Positions 12,570 through 24,357 of a stretch of DNA of 64,000 bases are shown piece by piece (position 1 is the first letter of the stretch; every line of letters starts with the position of its first letter). The position numbers were made by a program, and so were the translations under genes. The DNA is taken from contig NW_003314286.1 of the NCBI RefSeq assembly GCF_000143415.4, forward strand, positions 449,766 through 513,765, read 5' to 3'. The notes beneath the pieces are model-generated. The model had not been told where the DNA came from. It saw only the letters and a list, made by a program, of their open reading frames with translations, and did not search any database. The stretch comes from Selaginella moellendorffii (taxonomy: Eukaryota; Plantae; Lycopodiophyta).

Positions 12570-13311
12570 CTAGACAGATCACCGTACTTATTCGCGGTAC
12601 TTATAGCGCGACAAATGAAGGATCAATTCTCTTCCTAGCTTCTCAGTTCTTTCCTCACAGAAAAGTTTGAGGATTCCATGATGCTCGTGATCAGCAAATC
12701 AGACCAAAACTTGTGGTCCACAGTTTGAATCTTCGGGATTGCTCCAGGTTGCCGAGAGGTTCATCAAAGCTGTGGATGACTCGCAACTTAGAAATCCACA
12801 AATGGCTTACTTCGTGTCAATGGACAAGCAGGACTTACTCAAGCAAGCCGCTGCTTCCACGGAGACACCAACCCCAAACTTTAGAAAATTTACTTGAGAG
12901 CGACCATTTTGAAAAGATCCTACTCGCGGCGTTACGTGTGCATCTAAGACCTTGTCTTTGGACTCCCATCTATGAAAGCAAAAGAGAGAGAACTCACTTT
13001 CTCGCTTATGGCCTGTTGAATGACCAAAGTGTTGGAGGAAATGCTCAACACGGCAGTCTCTTTCCGTTGACCGGCCAAATGAAAGAGACGAAATTGACAA
13101 AAATTCCATGACTGGAAATTCGTAATTGATTTGCTTAAGCAAATCTGATTGATAGTGAATAATATTTCCAATATTTCCAATATTCTAATGTCGTGATTGG
13201 AGGATCAGTAAGATAAGTACCAAAGCATGAGCAATCTAGCCGCGCTACCGCTGCCATGCCGCCAGCTGCCGTTACATTGCTGCTGGCATCTCCGGTGAGC
13301 TTTAGTCAAAT

Positions 13312-14613
13312 TCAACAAGTCCAGTTGCTAATAGCGATGAGGACCTGCCGATTCCTCCGCAAGAGGATCCAATTCCCGCTGCGCCCCACGCTATACTCTC
13401 TCGCATTCGAGTACGTCGCCAGCATTTTCTTCGCTCCAGCATAGACATGGCGCTTGATCTCGTAGCCCTCGAAACCGGCCCCGCGCATCAGCTCCTGCCA
13501 CTGCTTGTATCCCTCGGGCCTCTCCACGCGCTCCTCGCCCTCGCACGCCAACGTGTTGAGCAGCTCCAGCCCGCGGAGCTGCTCCAGGAACCTCCTCTCG
13601 CCCGCAAATCGCGACTCCGCCAGCGACGCGGCGATGGCTTCAAACATGCCGGCGTAGAACTCGAAGGCCTCTCGCGCGCGCGCCACCAGCGATGGCGAGT
13701 TGAATCCCACCGGAGGAAAGGCGGCGTTGAGAAAGAGCTTGGGCTCCATCGCGTGGATGTTCCTCAGGAACCTCCTCTTTGGATCGTCCGAGAGCTCGCG
13801 CAGCTTGTGGAATGAAGTCACGATCAGGACGTCGTCCGGCTGGATCATGAGCTGCGATGGTCCGATCGAATCCCAGTCGGCAGTCACCACCGAGTGGAAC
13901 TCGAATGGAACGCCGAGGCTGCTGGCGTAGCGGCCGAGCTTGGCGCCCACATCCTCCCTGGGATATAAGAGAGAGTTGCTTGGTCGATCCACTGCGGTGA
14001 CGCGAAAGTGTGGCGGGCCGCCGGATCTCTCGGAGAAATCCTTGATCAGGCACAGCCACCGATAGCCCGGACCGATTCCAAAATCGACTACGTGCACGCG
14101 AGCCGCCGACGATGTCTCGTCCAGGATCGTCTGGTTCGTGAAGAAGATTGGCAGCCCAAAGCCCGGGGAGGTCTCCGCGACTGTGGCGAACAACTGGAGG
14201 ATCTCGTCGATGGGTCGCTTGGATTTGATGAGGCCATTGTAGAGCAGGCTCCCGGTGCCAGTGCTTCGAGCCACGAGCGCCTCGGAGAAGTAGAAGGCTA
14301 GGCGCTCCACCGTGGTTCCTGTGGGAGAGGACTTGTCTCTCAGCTCGCTGACGAGCTCGTAGGCTTGGGTGGTGGCATTCGCGGCGATGGCTTCGCAGCA
14401 CTTGACGATCGATGCTTTGAGATATCTCATGAGCTTGGCTTCCTCAGCCGCGACCAGATTGTCAGTTTGCTGATCGATTTGATGGTCACCGGCATCGTCT
14501 AGCTCTATGAAGGAGTCAAAGAGGGATTGCGCGTACCCGTGATCCTGATTGTTAGAGTTGTCCGCCATAGGGTTGGACTCGCTCCAGTTGGATTGCCGAC
14601 CATCGCCTTCCAT
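13312..14613 (-). CDS. GRAS transcription factor, LISCL-like, copy 2
   Basis: 433 aa ORF, near-identical to copy 1. Confidence 0.9.
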   Translation of the reverse strand: MEGDGRQSNWSESNPMADNSNNQDHGYAQSLFDSFIELDDAGDHQIDQQTDNLVAAEEAKLMRYLKASIVKCCEAIAANATTQAYELVSELRDKSSPTGTTVERLAFYFSEALVARSTGTGSLLYNGLIKSKRPIDEILQLFATVAETSPGFGLPIFFTNQTILDETSSAARVHVVDFGIGPGYRWLCLIKDFSERSGGPPHFRVTAVDRPSNSLLYPREDVGAKLGRYASSLGVPFEFHSVVTADWDSIGPSQLMIQPDDVLIVTSFHKLRELSDDPKRRFLRNIHAMEPKLFLNAAFPPVGFNSPSLVARAREAFEFYAGMFEAIAASLAESRFAGERRFLEQLRGLELLNTLACEGEERVERPEGYKQWQELMRGAGFEGYEIKRHVYAGAKKMLATYSNAREYSVGRSGNWILLRRNRQVLIAISNWTC

Positions 14614-15163
14614 CTAGACAGATCACCGTACTTATTGACGGTACTTATAGCGCCACAAATGAAGGATCATTTGCTTCTCAGTTCTTTCCTCACAGAATAG
14701 TTTGAGGATTCCATGATGCTCGTGATCAGCAAATCAGACCAAAACTCTTGGTCCACAGCTGGAATGGAAAACTTTAAAAAATTTACTTGAGAGCGACCAT
14801 TTTGAAAAGATCCTACTCGCAGCGTTACGTGTGCATCTAAGACCTTGTCTTTTGCAAACGATCCCATGATCTCAGTTTAACACTCTTTCCACTGACACTT
14901 GACAGCGAGATTGACAAAAATTCCTCTTTTCAATAATTGATTTGCTTAAGCAAATCTAGTGAATATTCCTTTAAAATATTTCCAATATTCTGAGGTATTT
15001 TATGGTTATTATTCATTTCTAATGTCGTAAGATCAGTAAGATAAGTACCAAAGCATGAGCAATCTAGCAAAGAGAAAGCTGCCCGGAACAGCCGCGCTAC
15101 CGCTGCCATGCCGCCAGCTGACGTTACATTGCTGCTCGCATCTCCGGCGAGCTTTAGTCAAAT

Positions 15164-16518
15164 TCAACAAGTCCAGTTGCTAATGGCGATGAGGACCTGC
15201 CCATTCCTCCGCAAGAGGATCCAATTCCCGCTGCGCCCCACGCTAAACTCTCTCGCACTCGAGTACGTCGCCAGCATTTGTTTTGCTCCAGCGTAGACAT
15301 GGCGCTTGATCTCATAGCCCTGGAAGCCGGCCCCGCGCATCAGCTCGTGCCACTGCTTGTACCCCTCGGGCCTCTTCACGCGATCCTCGCCCTCGCACGC
15401 CACTGTGTTGAGGATCTCCAGCCCGCGGAGCTGCTCCAGGAACCTCCTCTCGCCCGCGAATCGTGACTCCGCCAGCGACGCGGCGATGGCTTCAAACACG
15501 CCCGCGTGGAAGTCGAAGGCCTCTCGCGCGCGCGCCACCAGCGATGGCGAGTTGAATCCCACTGGAGGGAAGGCGGCGTTGAGGAAGAGCTTGGGCTCCA
15601 TCCCGTGGATGTTCCTCAGGAACCTCCTCTTCGAATCGTTCGAGAGCTCGCGCAGCTCGTGGAACGAGGTGACGATCAGGACCTCCTCCGGCTGGATCAT
15701 CAGCTGCGAGGATTGGATCGAATCCCATTCGGCGGTCACGACCGAGTGGAACTCGAATGGAACGCCGAGGCTGCTGGCGTATCTCTCGAGCTTGCCACCC
15801 ACATCTTCCCTGGGGAAAAAGAGGGAGTTGCTCGGTCGATCTACCGCGGTGACACGAAAGTGTGGCGGGCCGCCGGATCTCTCGGAGAAATCCTTGATCA
15901 GGCACAGCCACCGATAGCCCGGACCGATTCCAAAGTCGACTACGTGCACGCGGGCCGCCGACGATGTCTCGTCCAGGATCGTCTGGTTCGTGAAGAAGAT
16001 TGGCAGCCCAAAGCCCGGGGAGGTCTGCGCGACTGTGGCGAAGATCTGGAGGGTCTCGTCGATGGTTCGCCTGGATTTGAAGGTATTATAGAGCAGCCTC
16101 CCGGTGCCAGTGATTCGAGCTATGAGTGCCTCGGAGAAGTAGAAGGCTAGGCGCTCCACTGTGGTTCCTGTGGAAGAGGACTTGTCCCTCAGCTCGCTGA
16201 CGAGCGCGTAGGCTTGGGTGGTGGCATTCGCGGCGATGGCTTCGCAGCACTTGACGATCGATGCTTTGAGATCTGTCATGGGCTTGGCATCCTCGATCAT
16301 ATTGTCGGTTTGTTGATGATCGATACCGGCACCGCCTAGCTCTAGGAAGGAATCAAAGAGAGATTGTGCGTACCCGTGATCGCGATCGTGATTGTTAGAG
16401 CTGCCTTGGCATGGACGCGAACGTGGTGCTGGAGCTGGTCCTTGAACGACTTGAGCAACATCACGTAGTCTGCCAGTTGGGAGCTCCAGGAATTGGAATC
16501 CAGACCATCGCCTTCCAT
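15164..16518 (-). CDS. GRAS transcription factor copy 3, N-terminally frameshifted (intact ORF 15164-16300)
   Basis: The paralogous MEGDG start at 16518 is out of frame with the DHGYAQSLFDSF block and the GRAS domain. Confidence 0.8.
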
Positions 16519-17040
16519 GATGATATATATTCGTTCTTCATGGATAGCAAAGAAAGAACTAAGAGTTTGATCCTCGAAACTTCGCTATAAGTATGTTGAT
16601 TTTGTTCCTCAGATTGAGTCAACCTTGAACGCTCGTGAGAACTTTTGGTCCACTTTCGGATTATCACGAATGGACCAGCAAGCTGACACGAAACTTTCGG
16701 GAAAACCATTTCAAAGCAAAGTGTGTAACAATTGGGTATACATCTAATCTGTCCTTGTTGCCCATTTGTCGTTGAAAGGTACCATGGACATCAGTCTACA
16801 AACGATGTTTCCCATGCTGGATCTCAGTTCCAACGCAGCCCATAGTTCGAGAAGCACAGAGAAACACGGCACCTCTGCTTCGCAGGAAAGAGACGAGATG
16901 CCAAGACGATTCGCAGTCTTAACACTTGTGGAAACCAATCAGAAGTACTGCTCAGATTCTCGCAGGTCATTCTTCTCAAGTGACAAAGCACACGTCACTA
17001 CCACGTCAGATCCACGTCGGTAGGAGAGCTTCTCTATTCT

Positions 17041-18710
17041 TTAGCTCCCCATCTTGCTCCTCAGCCGCTTCATGGACCGCCGCAAGCTCTTTTGCTTGTT
17101 GGCGACACCGCCCTCGTTCCCGGCCAGCATCAGGTACTTATCCTTCCTCGTCAAGTTCGTGCACTGGAATCCCAGCTTGTCGGCGATCCTCCTCTGGATC
17201 AAGTTCGCAACGTCGTGAGCCGAGTTCCCGGCCGCGCAAGTCATCTCCCACGGCAGCTGATCCAGGAACCACATCTCGTACTCGGGCCGGGGATTCATCA
17301 GGAAGTAGAGCGGGTCGAGCGCCTTCCAGCCGCGAGCGGTAGTGCCGTAGAAGAGCTGGACGCGGGCGTCCATGGCTACCGGGACGATCGCGTCGGACAG
17401 CTCCGCGAAGAGCGAGCTGAATCGCAGCAAGTATGGCTCGCGGCACGTCGTCCCCTCGGGACACACCACCAGATCCTTGCACTCGTCCAGGAGGATGTTG
17501 TGCATGCGCCGCGCGTCCTGGCTCCGGCAGCGCGTGAGCCGGACCGTTTTGATCGGGGCCAGGACCTCGGACACCCGGCTGATGCTGTACGTCACGGCCG
17601 ACACCCTGCGCTGCACGCCGCCCGAGAGGAACACCGGGTCCAGCAGCGTGCGGTGCGAGCAGACGAAGAGCGTGCCGCCACCTTTGTTGGTACTGCTGCT
17701 GGTGGGCGGTGTGCCGTTGACGCGGATACGGACGCCGAGCAAGGCGCAGACGAGGACGACGATGCGGGTGTCGTTGATGAGAAGCGGGACCGAGCCGCGG
17801 AGGAATGCGAGAGGGATGCCGACTGGCGACCAGAGGAGGAGCGTGAGAGCTTTCGCTGGAGTCGGGCGGCACGCGATTCTACCGTCGTGGAATATAAGCG
17901 GCTTTGGGTACTCGTCGCGCGGTACAGTCGGGGCATTGGAGCTGTTTAGAACGACGAAGGCTTCCTGGGAGAAAAAAAACAAAGTGTCTGTTAGCAAGAG
18001 CAAGACAAGAAACACGAAAAGAAAAAAAACTTGACCTTGCACAGTGCCATGTATGGAAAATCCGTGCTCTTGCAGCCCAATGCCAGGTCCGGTAGTCTGT
18101 CTCGCAGGTACTTCCTCACAGCAAAGGCCTTGTTTCCCCCTTCCAGAACTCCCGGGCTCTGGAGAAATCCCGTGCAAAAGCCTCCTCGAGCAACGTGAAC
18201 TTCGGTCCCCAGCACCACGTCCACTCCCAGGTAGTGCTTGAGGAAATGCTCCACCATCACTCTAGGCGACGCCGTGATCACGTACTTGGTGCCGCAAGCC
18301 GTGAAGACCCGAAAGGCGTGGAGGTGCATATCTTCCAGGTAGAACTTCGGGAGCACGGCCACCGCAACTCGCTCGATCACCGACACCTTGATGCCGATGA
18401 AGGAGATGAAAGTCATTATCTGAATCGCTGTCGCTTGGGATGCTAGAAGCCATATTGCCGGATACGCGAAGAGGAGAATAGCTGCTCGGAGGACGCTTCC
18501 GGCCTCAAAAGCCACCAGGAGGAAATATGGGAAATAGCTGGCTGACCTGAGGAGAGTGCCTTCCAAATCTGAAACCACCAAGTCGTCACTCCTGTCAAGG
18601 AAGTCGCAGCTCTCTACTGGCTCGAATGGAACAGGAGTTTGCCTGACGTTCTTGAGAAACTCCCACAGCTTCACCACCATAGATGTTTTCTTCTTCTTCT
18701 TCTCACCCAT
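17041..18710 (-). CDS. GPAT: sn-2 glycerol-3-phosphate acyltransferase (land-plant GPAT1-8 family), 2 exons, intron 17965-18035
   Basis: HAD-like N-terminal domain. Acyltransferase motifs [31 protein letters not shown] and [21 protein letters not shown]. Confidence 0.92.
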
Positions 18711-19224
18711 GGCTCCTCGGCTGTTGTGCTTCGTCCACCCAGAGGAGAGAGCAAGAAGCACATGAGGCAGCCTACGGCCAGAGTGGTAGCTTCTCCGCCA
18801 GCATTAATGTAGCAGGTCTGCAGTGAATGCGTACCTGCGTAAAAGTCGTCAAGTGTAATTCAACAAACCTCAAGTGAAAACCACAAAGAAAACCTCATCA
18901 CTGGCTGCGGTTTGCATTTGTTTCGGGGATTAGACAACGTAACTTCTGCACCAAACATGGTCAGAAAGAAAGCGTTGCTTTGGATACTTACCGTTTACAC
19001 GGAGAGTTAAAAAGGAAAATAGTCTGATGAAGCTGAGTACAAAAAAGCTTCTTAAGAAATCGACACAAAGATTTAGTTCACTTCATCTAGTTTGCCACAC
19101 CTGTGCAAGGATCCAAAAACTCCTTTTTGGATTTTAGCACAAAGCAGAAAGAAACCACGACTAAATCCGCTGCATTCACGAAGATCGAGTGGTGAGACAA
19201 GAAAAAAGATTCCGATAACATCGA

Positions 19225-20178
19225 CTAACTCACTCTTATGACAGTTGGCTGGGAAAACCTATCGTCGGGATGCCTATGGTACTCGTCGCTTCCATGCTTG
19301 AAAAGAGCCTGGAGCGTCCGCACTGTGAATGGCCGGATGATGTTCACCTCCATAGCCGAGAGGTTTGTAAGCTGCAAAAAAGAGGCCGTCATAGCTGTTG
19401 AGTGTGTGTGCTTCACGAAGCTCACCTTCACAGCAAATGTTTTGTTGGAGAGCTTCTCGAGTCCAGCCTCAATCTTATGGAACCTCACATTGCGTATGTC
19501 TTCAATCAATGACCTCACCTGAAAGAATAATCAGACTTCGCGAACAAGCAGCAAATCTTCTTCGAGCTCGTACCAAGTAACAGTCGGGTATATCATCTTG
19601 CGCACTAGAACGATCAAAAACATATATCAGCCACCATCAGGAAGAAAGAAATGGAGCTTACTGATCAAACAACAATCTAGATATCTCAATGTAGTGAAAT
19701 GGTAGAGGTCGGAATTCCTGTGGCTGTTGACGCTCTTCCTCCAGCACTTCCGTGAGCCTCTCTGTTCACCTTTGTTAAGAACACACAGCGAAAGAAAACT
19801 CTTCGATAGATCGAAAGAATCGATCAAAGTACCTACGGTCATCCACTCCGGAGCCTGGATCCGGCATTTCCCTCGCTTCTTGAGAGCAATTGCGAGCCAC
19901 AAAGGCACTATAGCAGAGATTTGCGGGCGAAAGGGACCAAAATCTCCCTGGACGGCACAAGAATGAGAAGAAATGGCAATGCTGGTAGCAAAACACTCAC
20001 GGAAATCAAATGCAAGGGATCCATTCTCAAGCTGGGAATGATGCCGATCGTCTCGTCCTCCGCGAGAAACTCCACCTGGAGCGCAGCGAGATTGAATCGC
20101 GATAGAGCCGGAAAGATTGCTACAGACCTCCGCCGCGGAGAATGTGGCCGGAGGCGCATAGTTGGATTGTCCCGCCAT
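19225..20178 (-). CDS. PSF2: GINS complex subunit PSF2 (3' end may splice further)
   Basis: [63 protein letters not shown] and [13 protein letters not shown]. Confidence 0.9.
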
Positions 20179-20209
20179 AAACCCTATCAAGATTTTAGGG
20201 TTTCCATAG

Positions 20210-22321
20210 CTACGTTTCTTTGAGGAAGAGCGATCGCAATCCATCGACCGGCGATCGCGATCGCGATTCTAGGCGCGGATCACTCGATTCTTGACCAGCA
20301 TTCCCGTTGCTGAGAGAGGTGTAGAGATTCGCGAGCAAGAGGTAGAGCGCCGATCCTCGATCAAGATCCATCTCGAGCAGCTGTTTGGCGATCCGTCCGC
20401 CACGCTCGGTATCGCCGTGCAAGCTGCAAGCTCCAAGAACGGCAGTCCACGACACCTCGTCCCCCTCGAACGGCATCTCGTTCACTAGATCTTCCATCCG
20501 GTCCAGCTGCCCCGAGCGCCCCAGGAGATCCACCAGGCAGCGATAGTGCTCCACGACGGGATCGATGGAATTGTCGCCAATCATCCGGAGGAAGTAGCAG
20601 CGCGCGTCTTCCAGGAGGCCGCCATGGCTGCAAGCCGCCAGCACCGTGGAGAAGGTGAGCCAGTTCGGCTGCTCTCCCTGGAGATCCATGCAGTTAAACA
20701 TCTCGGCCGCCAGGGATCGCTCGCCGCTCTGGGCATAGGCGACGATGATGTTCGTCCAGGAGACCACGTTTGGTAGTGGGAGGTTGTCGAAGAGAGCTCG
20801 AGCTTGATCGAGGCGGCCACACTTTCCAAACATGCTCACCAGCGCTGTGCCAACGAAGGTGTCTCGATCGAGGCCTCGACCAGCAGCGCCTTCGAAGATG
20901 GTTTTTCCTTCGGCCAGAGCGGTGGAGCTAGCGCAGGCCTCGAGAGCGCTCATCAAGGTGATCCTGTCCGGCTCGATCCCTTCGAGGTCCATGAGCTTGA
21001 AGTACGCTAGCGCTTGCTTGGAGTGCCCGGCTCGAGCATGCCCGGAGATGAGAGCGGTCCACGAGGTAGCGTCTTTCACTGGCATTTCTTCGTGGAGTTT
21101 GGTTGCCAACTCGATGTTTCCTTTGACAGCGTAGGCGAGAACCATGGTGCTCCACGCGAGATAGTCTCTCGCAGGCATCAGAGCAAAGAGGTTCTCGGCG
21201 GAGGTGAAGTGGCCGTTGTTCAAGTAGGCGGCCAGCATTGTCGTCCACGAGACAACGTCGTGATCCACCATCTCGTCGAAGACGAGCTTGGCTTGGCGAG
21301 TCCGGCCCTCCTGCGCGTACGCGTTCACCATGCTCGTCCCGGCGATGCTGTTCTTCTCGGCGATCATGTCGAAGACCAGCTTCGCGTCGTCCAAGCTCCC
21401 GCACTTTGTGAACATGTTGACGAAGCCGTTGCCGACGAGAACATCCAGCGTTTCATCGCTCTGGGTGACGCACTGGAAGAGAGCTCGGCCCTCCGTCGGG
21501 TCTCCGATGCTCGAGCACGCCTCAGCAACGCAGGTGAAGGTGATCTTGTTGGGCCGAGTGCCGTCGAGCTTTAGCAGCCGGAAAAGATGGAGGGCGGCTG
21601 CGAACTCCCCGTTCCCGACGTACGCAGTGATCATGGCGTTCCACGACTCGACTGTCCTCTCCGTCATCCGATCGAAGACCGACTTCGCCTCTGGAAGCTG
21701 CCGGTTTTGCGAGTAGGCCGTGAGAATATTGTTCCAGCAGATGGAGGTCAGCTCCTCGCTCGGGATGGAATCAAACATCTCCTTCGCCTCGGCCAAGTTC
21801 CCGCTCTGGGCGTATGCGGTGAGCAAGATGTTCCTCGAGAACACGTCCTTGACAGGTAAGCTGTCAAACAGGCATTTTGCTTCGCTCACGCATTGCTTCT
21901 GGGCGTAACAGGAGATCATTGTGTTCCAAGTCACCGCGCTCTTCTCCGGAAGCTTGTCAAACACCATCCTAGCCTCCTCCAGATGCCCATTCCGGGAACA
22001 AGCAACGATGAGAAAATTCCAAGTGTATGGATTCCTCTCGGGCATCCGCTCAAAGGCAAGCTTGGCCTCCTGGATCCCGCCGAGGTTGCCATACATCTGG
22101 ATGAGCACGTTTGTGAGGTACCTGTGGCCGTCAAATCCAGCTTCGACGAGCTTGCCGTGAACGCTCCGGACTTCGTGTAAGTGGCGGCATTTGCGTATGA
22201 GCGCCGCATATCTGTTCTCAACCTCTCTTTGGGCTTCTGCAGAATCAACGCTGTGGGTGGTCGAACAAGCCAAGGAAGAAAACGAGCGATCTTTCCAGAC
22301 CCTGACTCGCAACGAGCGCAT
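20210..22321 (-). CDS. PLS-class pentatricopeptide repeat protein with E domain and no DYW
   Basis: Intronless ORF with tandem PPR motifs (VVSWT.., TWNTMI..). The E domain [13 protein letters not shown]...[12 protein letters not shown]...YLLLANLY is followed directly by the stop. Confidence 0.9.
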   Translation of the reverse strand: MRSLRVRVWKDRSFSSLACSTTHSVDSAEAQREVENRYAALIRKCRHLHEVRSVHGKLVEAGFDGHRYLTNVLIQMYGNLGGIQEAKLAFERMPERNPYTWNFLIVACSRNGHLEEARMVFDKLPEKSAVTWNTMISCYAQKQCVSEAKCLFDSLPVKDVFSRNILLTAYAQSGNLAEAKEMFDSIPSEELTSICWNNILTAYSQNRQLPEAKSVFDRMTERTVESWNAMITAYVGNGEFAAALHLFRLLKLDGTRPNKITFTCVAEACSSIGDPTEGRALFQCVTQSDETLDVLVGNGFVNMFTKCGSLDDAKLVFDMIAEKNSIAGTSMVNAYAQEGRTRQAKLVFDEMVDHDVVSWTTMLAAYLNNGHFTSAENLFALMPARDYLAWSTMVLAYAVKGNIELATKLHEEMPVKDATSWTALISGHARAGHSKQALAYFKLMDLEGIEPDRITLMSALEACASSTALAEGKTIFEGAAGRGLDRDTFVGTALVSMFGKCGRLDQARALFDNLPLPNVVSWTNIIVAYAQSGERSLAAEMFNCMDLQGEQPNWLTFSTVLAACSHGGLLEDARCYFLRMIGDNSIDPVVEHYRCLVDLLGRSGQLDRMEDLVNEMPFEGDEVSWTAVLGACSLHGDTERGGRIAKQLLEMDLDRGSALYLLLANLYTSLSNGNAGQESSDPRLESRSRSPVDGLRSLFLKET

Positions 22322-22999
22322 ACAATAGAACTTAGGTTTCCTCCTTTTTTGCACCTTTGGAGTAACAGATTTGTGCTGATAAAAACACCATGTTTCCAGT
22401 GATGTTTGTGATATAGGTTGAGGTCCACTTTATTGCTATTCCAGGTACTATCTTCTTTCTTGCATGTTACGAAATTCCTTCTGGGTTTATGTAAGATGTT
22501 ATAGCAGCTGCTGAGGAACAAGGCTCCTGGGACAATCTTGCCTTGCTGGTCGTTGCCAAGGTATGGATTCAGTGATATGAACTCCATCCCAAAGAAGGTT
22601 TTGCAGGCTGCCATGATTTGCTGTTCTACACGCCTTCATCTTCATTGGGAACTTTAATTATAAAATGCTACATTGTTTAAGGTACAGTTTTTCTAAAGAT
22701 TTAAAAAAAAAATTATAGAAGTTTTTCTAGTTTATTTTTGAGTTACTTTGTTATAATTTAATTTATGCTGCTTAATTAGTAAATTTATTACACTTCAATT
22801 TACTAGTTAGTTCTCAAAATATATTTCTTTTTGCGATTGAATGGAATTGAAAAAGAATACAGGAAATGTGTATATCAATTAACCCAAAAACTGTAACTTA
22901 TATATAAGAACGAATGGATTGAATTAAAATCAATCTGATAGCTATTAAAATCCTACTATATCAATATTAGTATTGACATTATAACTGTACATTTTAGAC

Positions 23000-23915
23000 C
23001 TTATATCATCCCCTTCTCTCAGAATGATAAAAGACTATCAAGGTTCTCTCATGGATGGGCCAAGATTTGAAGAAACATCAGGAGGAAACATCAATGGATC
23101 TGTAAATGGTGCTAATTGTTTCTGATCCCTTTGTACAAAATGTTTCAACTACTACACATACACAATTTCTGGAGGATCAACTTGCTAAATGTCATGCCAA
23201 ACTTCATAAATTTGCAATCCAACGTGCCACAACACTTAATATGGACCTTTCCACTAAGCAATGTAAATAAACTACGTATTATAAGATAAGGAAAACGAAT
23301 TAACATCAAGTCATCCACTTTGTACTTTGTAGGTAGTACATAGCTTAAGTGTTCAATAGACTTTGCTTGGAAAAATGCTTGTCAAATATTGATCCTACGA
23401 CCTAGCATTGGCAATCTGTCACAATTGCAAAGGTGAACCCAACTCCATTAGTAGCATTGGATTATGACCATATAGGAGTTTATATGGTGAAACACTAAAA
23501 GAACTTTACACTCCTGTGACATACACATATTGAAAAGACGGCAAATAACCATCTCAATCCGAATGTTAAAAGTTCATGTATTTCACAATCATCCCTTTGA
23601 ATGTCAGAACAAATTGTCTGACTGTGGATGATAAGCACTCATAAAAGTGTGGTGTATCCCCAACCGAGATGTCAAAACGTGAAATGCCTTAGCCATAAAT
23701 GTGGAACCATTATCTGAAAGAATCCACTCCGAACAGGAATGCTAGAACACCACTCAATTAACAAGGAAGTATCCAATAACAATTGCAAATGTGCTAGCAA
23801 AAACACCAACTTTCACCTAGCGAGTTAAGTAGTTAAAAGCAATAATGATATACTTATTGCTAGTAGTCGATTATGGAAAAAGTTATATCAAATCAAACAC
23901 CACCAACTCAAATAA
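23000..23915 (-). mobile_element. Decayed Ty3/Gypsy integrase region (family B); continues at 33284-33382 after the DNA transposon
   Basis: Colinear with 39656-40000 and 60161-61100. Left boundary approximate. Confidence 0.75.
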
Positions 23916-24357
23916 AAACTCTATTTCGTTAAAGTGGGAATTGTCATTATCCCACTTGTAAAATAAGGTTTCCAAACCTTTATATAGTATATAAATATAA
24001 CAAAATTCAACTGCATTGAGGCACATGCCATTTTATTTTAAACAAGGAAATGTCTACTCAATCACTTCTCCTCCCTCTGCCACTGCTTCACCTCTCTCTT
24101 CTCCTTGTCATTGTCGTCCAATTTCTTTCCATCCTTTTAATATTGGCTCAGTTGCTCCGAGTCTAGGTGGAGCCCAAGTCCCCATTCAATCTTTACTTTC
24201 CCCTTATTAATAAAACAACTTCGTAGACTTCCAATAACGTGCTGTAACACTTCTAGTATAATGCAAATCCTCTCAAAGAATTGTCTTTTAATATTAATAC
24301 AATGGCATGGAACCCCATGCCATAATAAGTTACATTTTTAAATAAATACATGTCATC

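Noticed and set aside
11355-17949. Long antisense or alternate-frame ORFs over the GRAS and GPAT genes
   Set aside because: Shadow ORFs of GC-rich coding sequence.
22540-22645. Possible GDSL lipase remnant (LLWDGVHITES, minus strand)
   Set aside because: A single short motif with no supporting exons.
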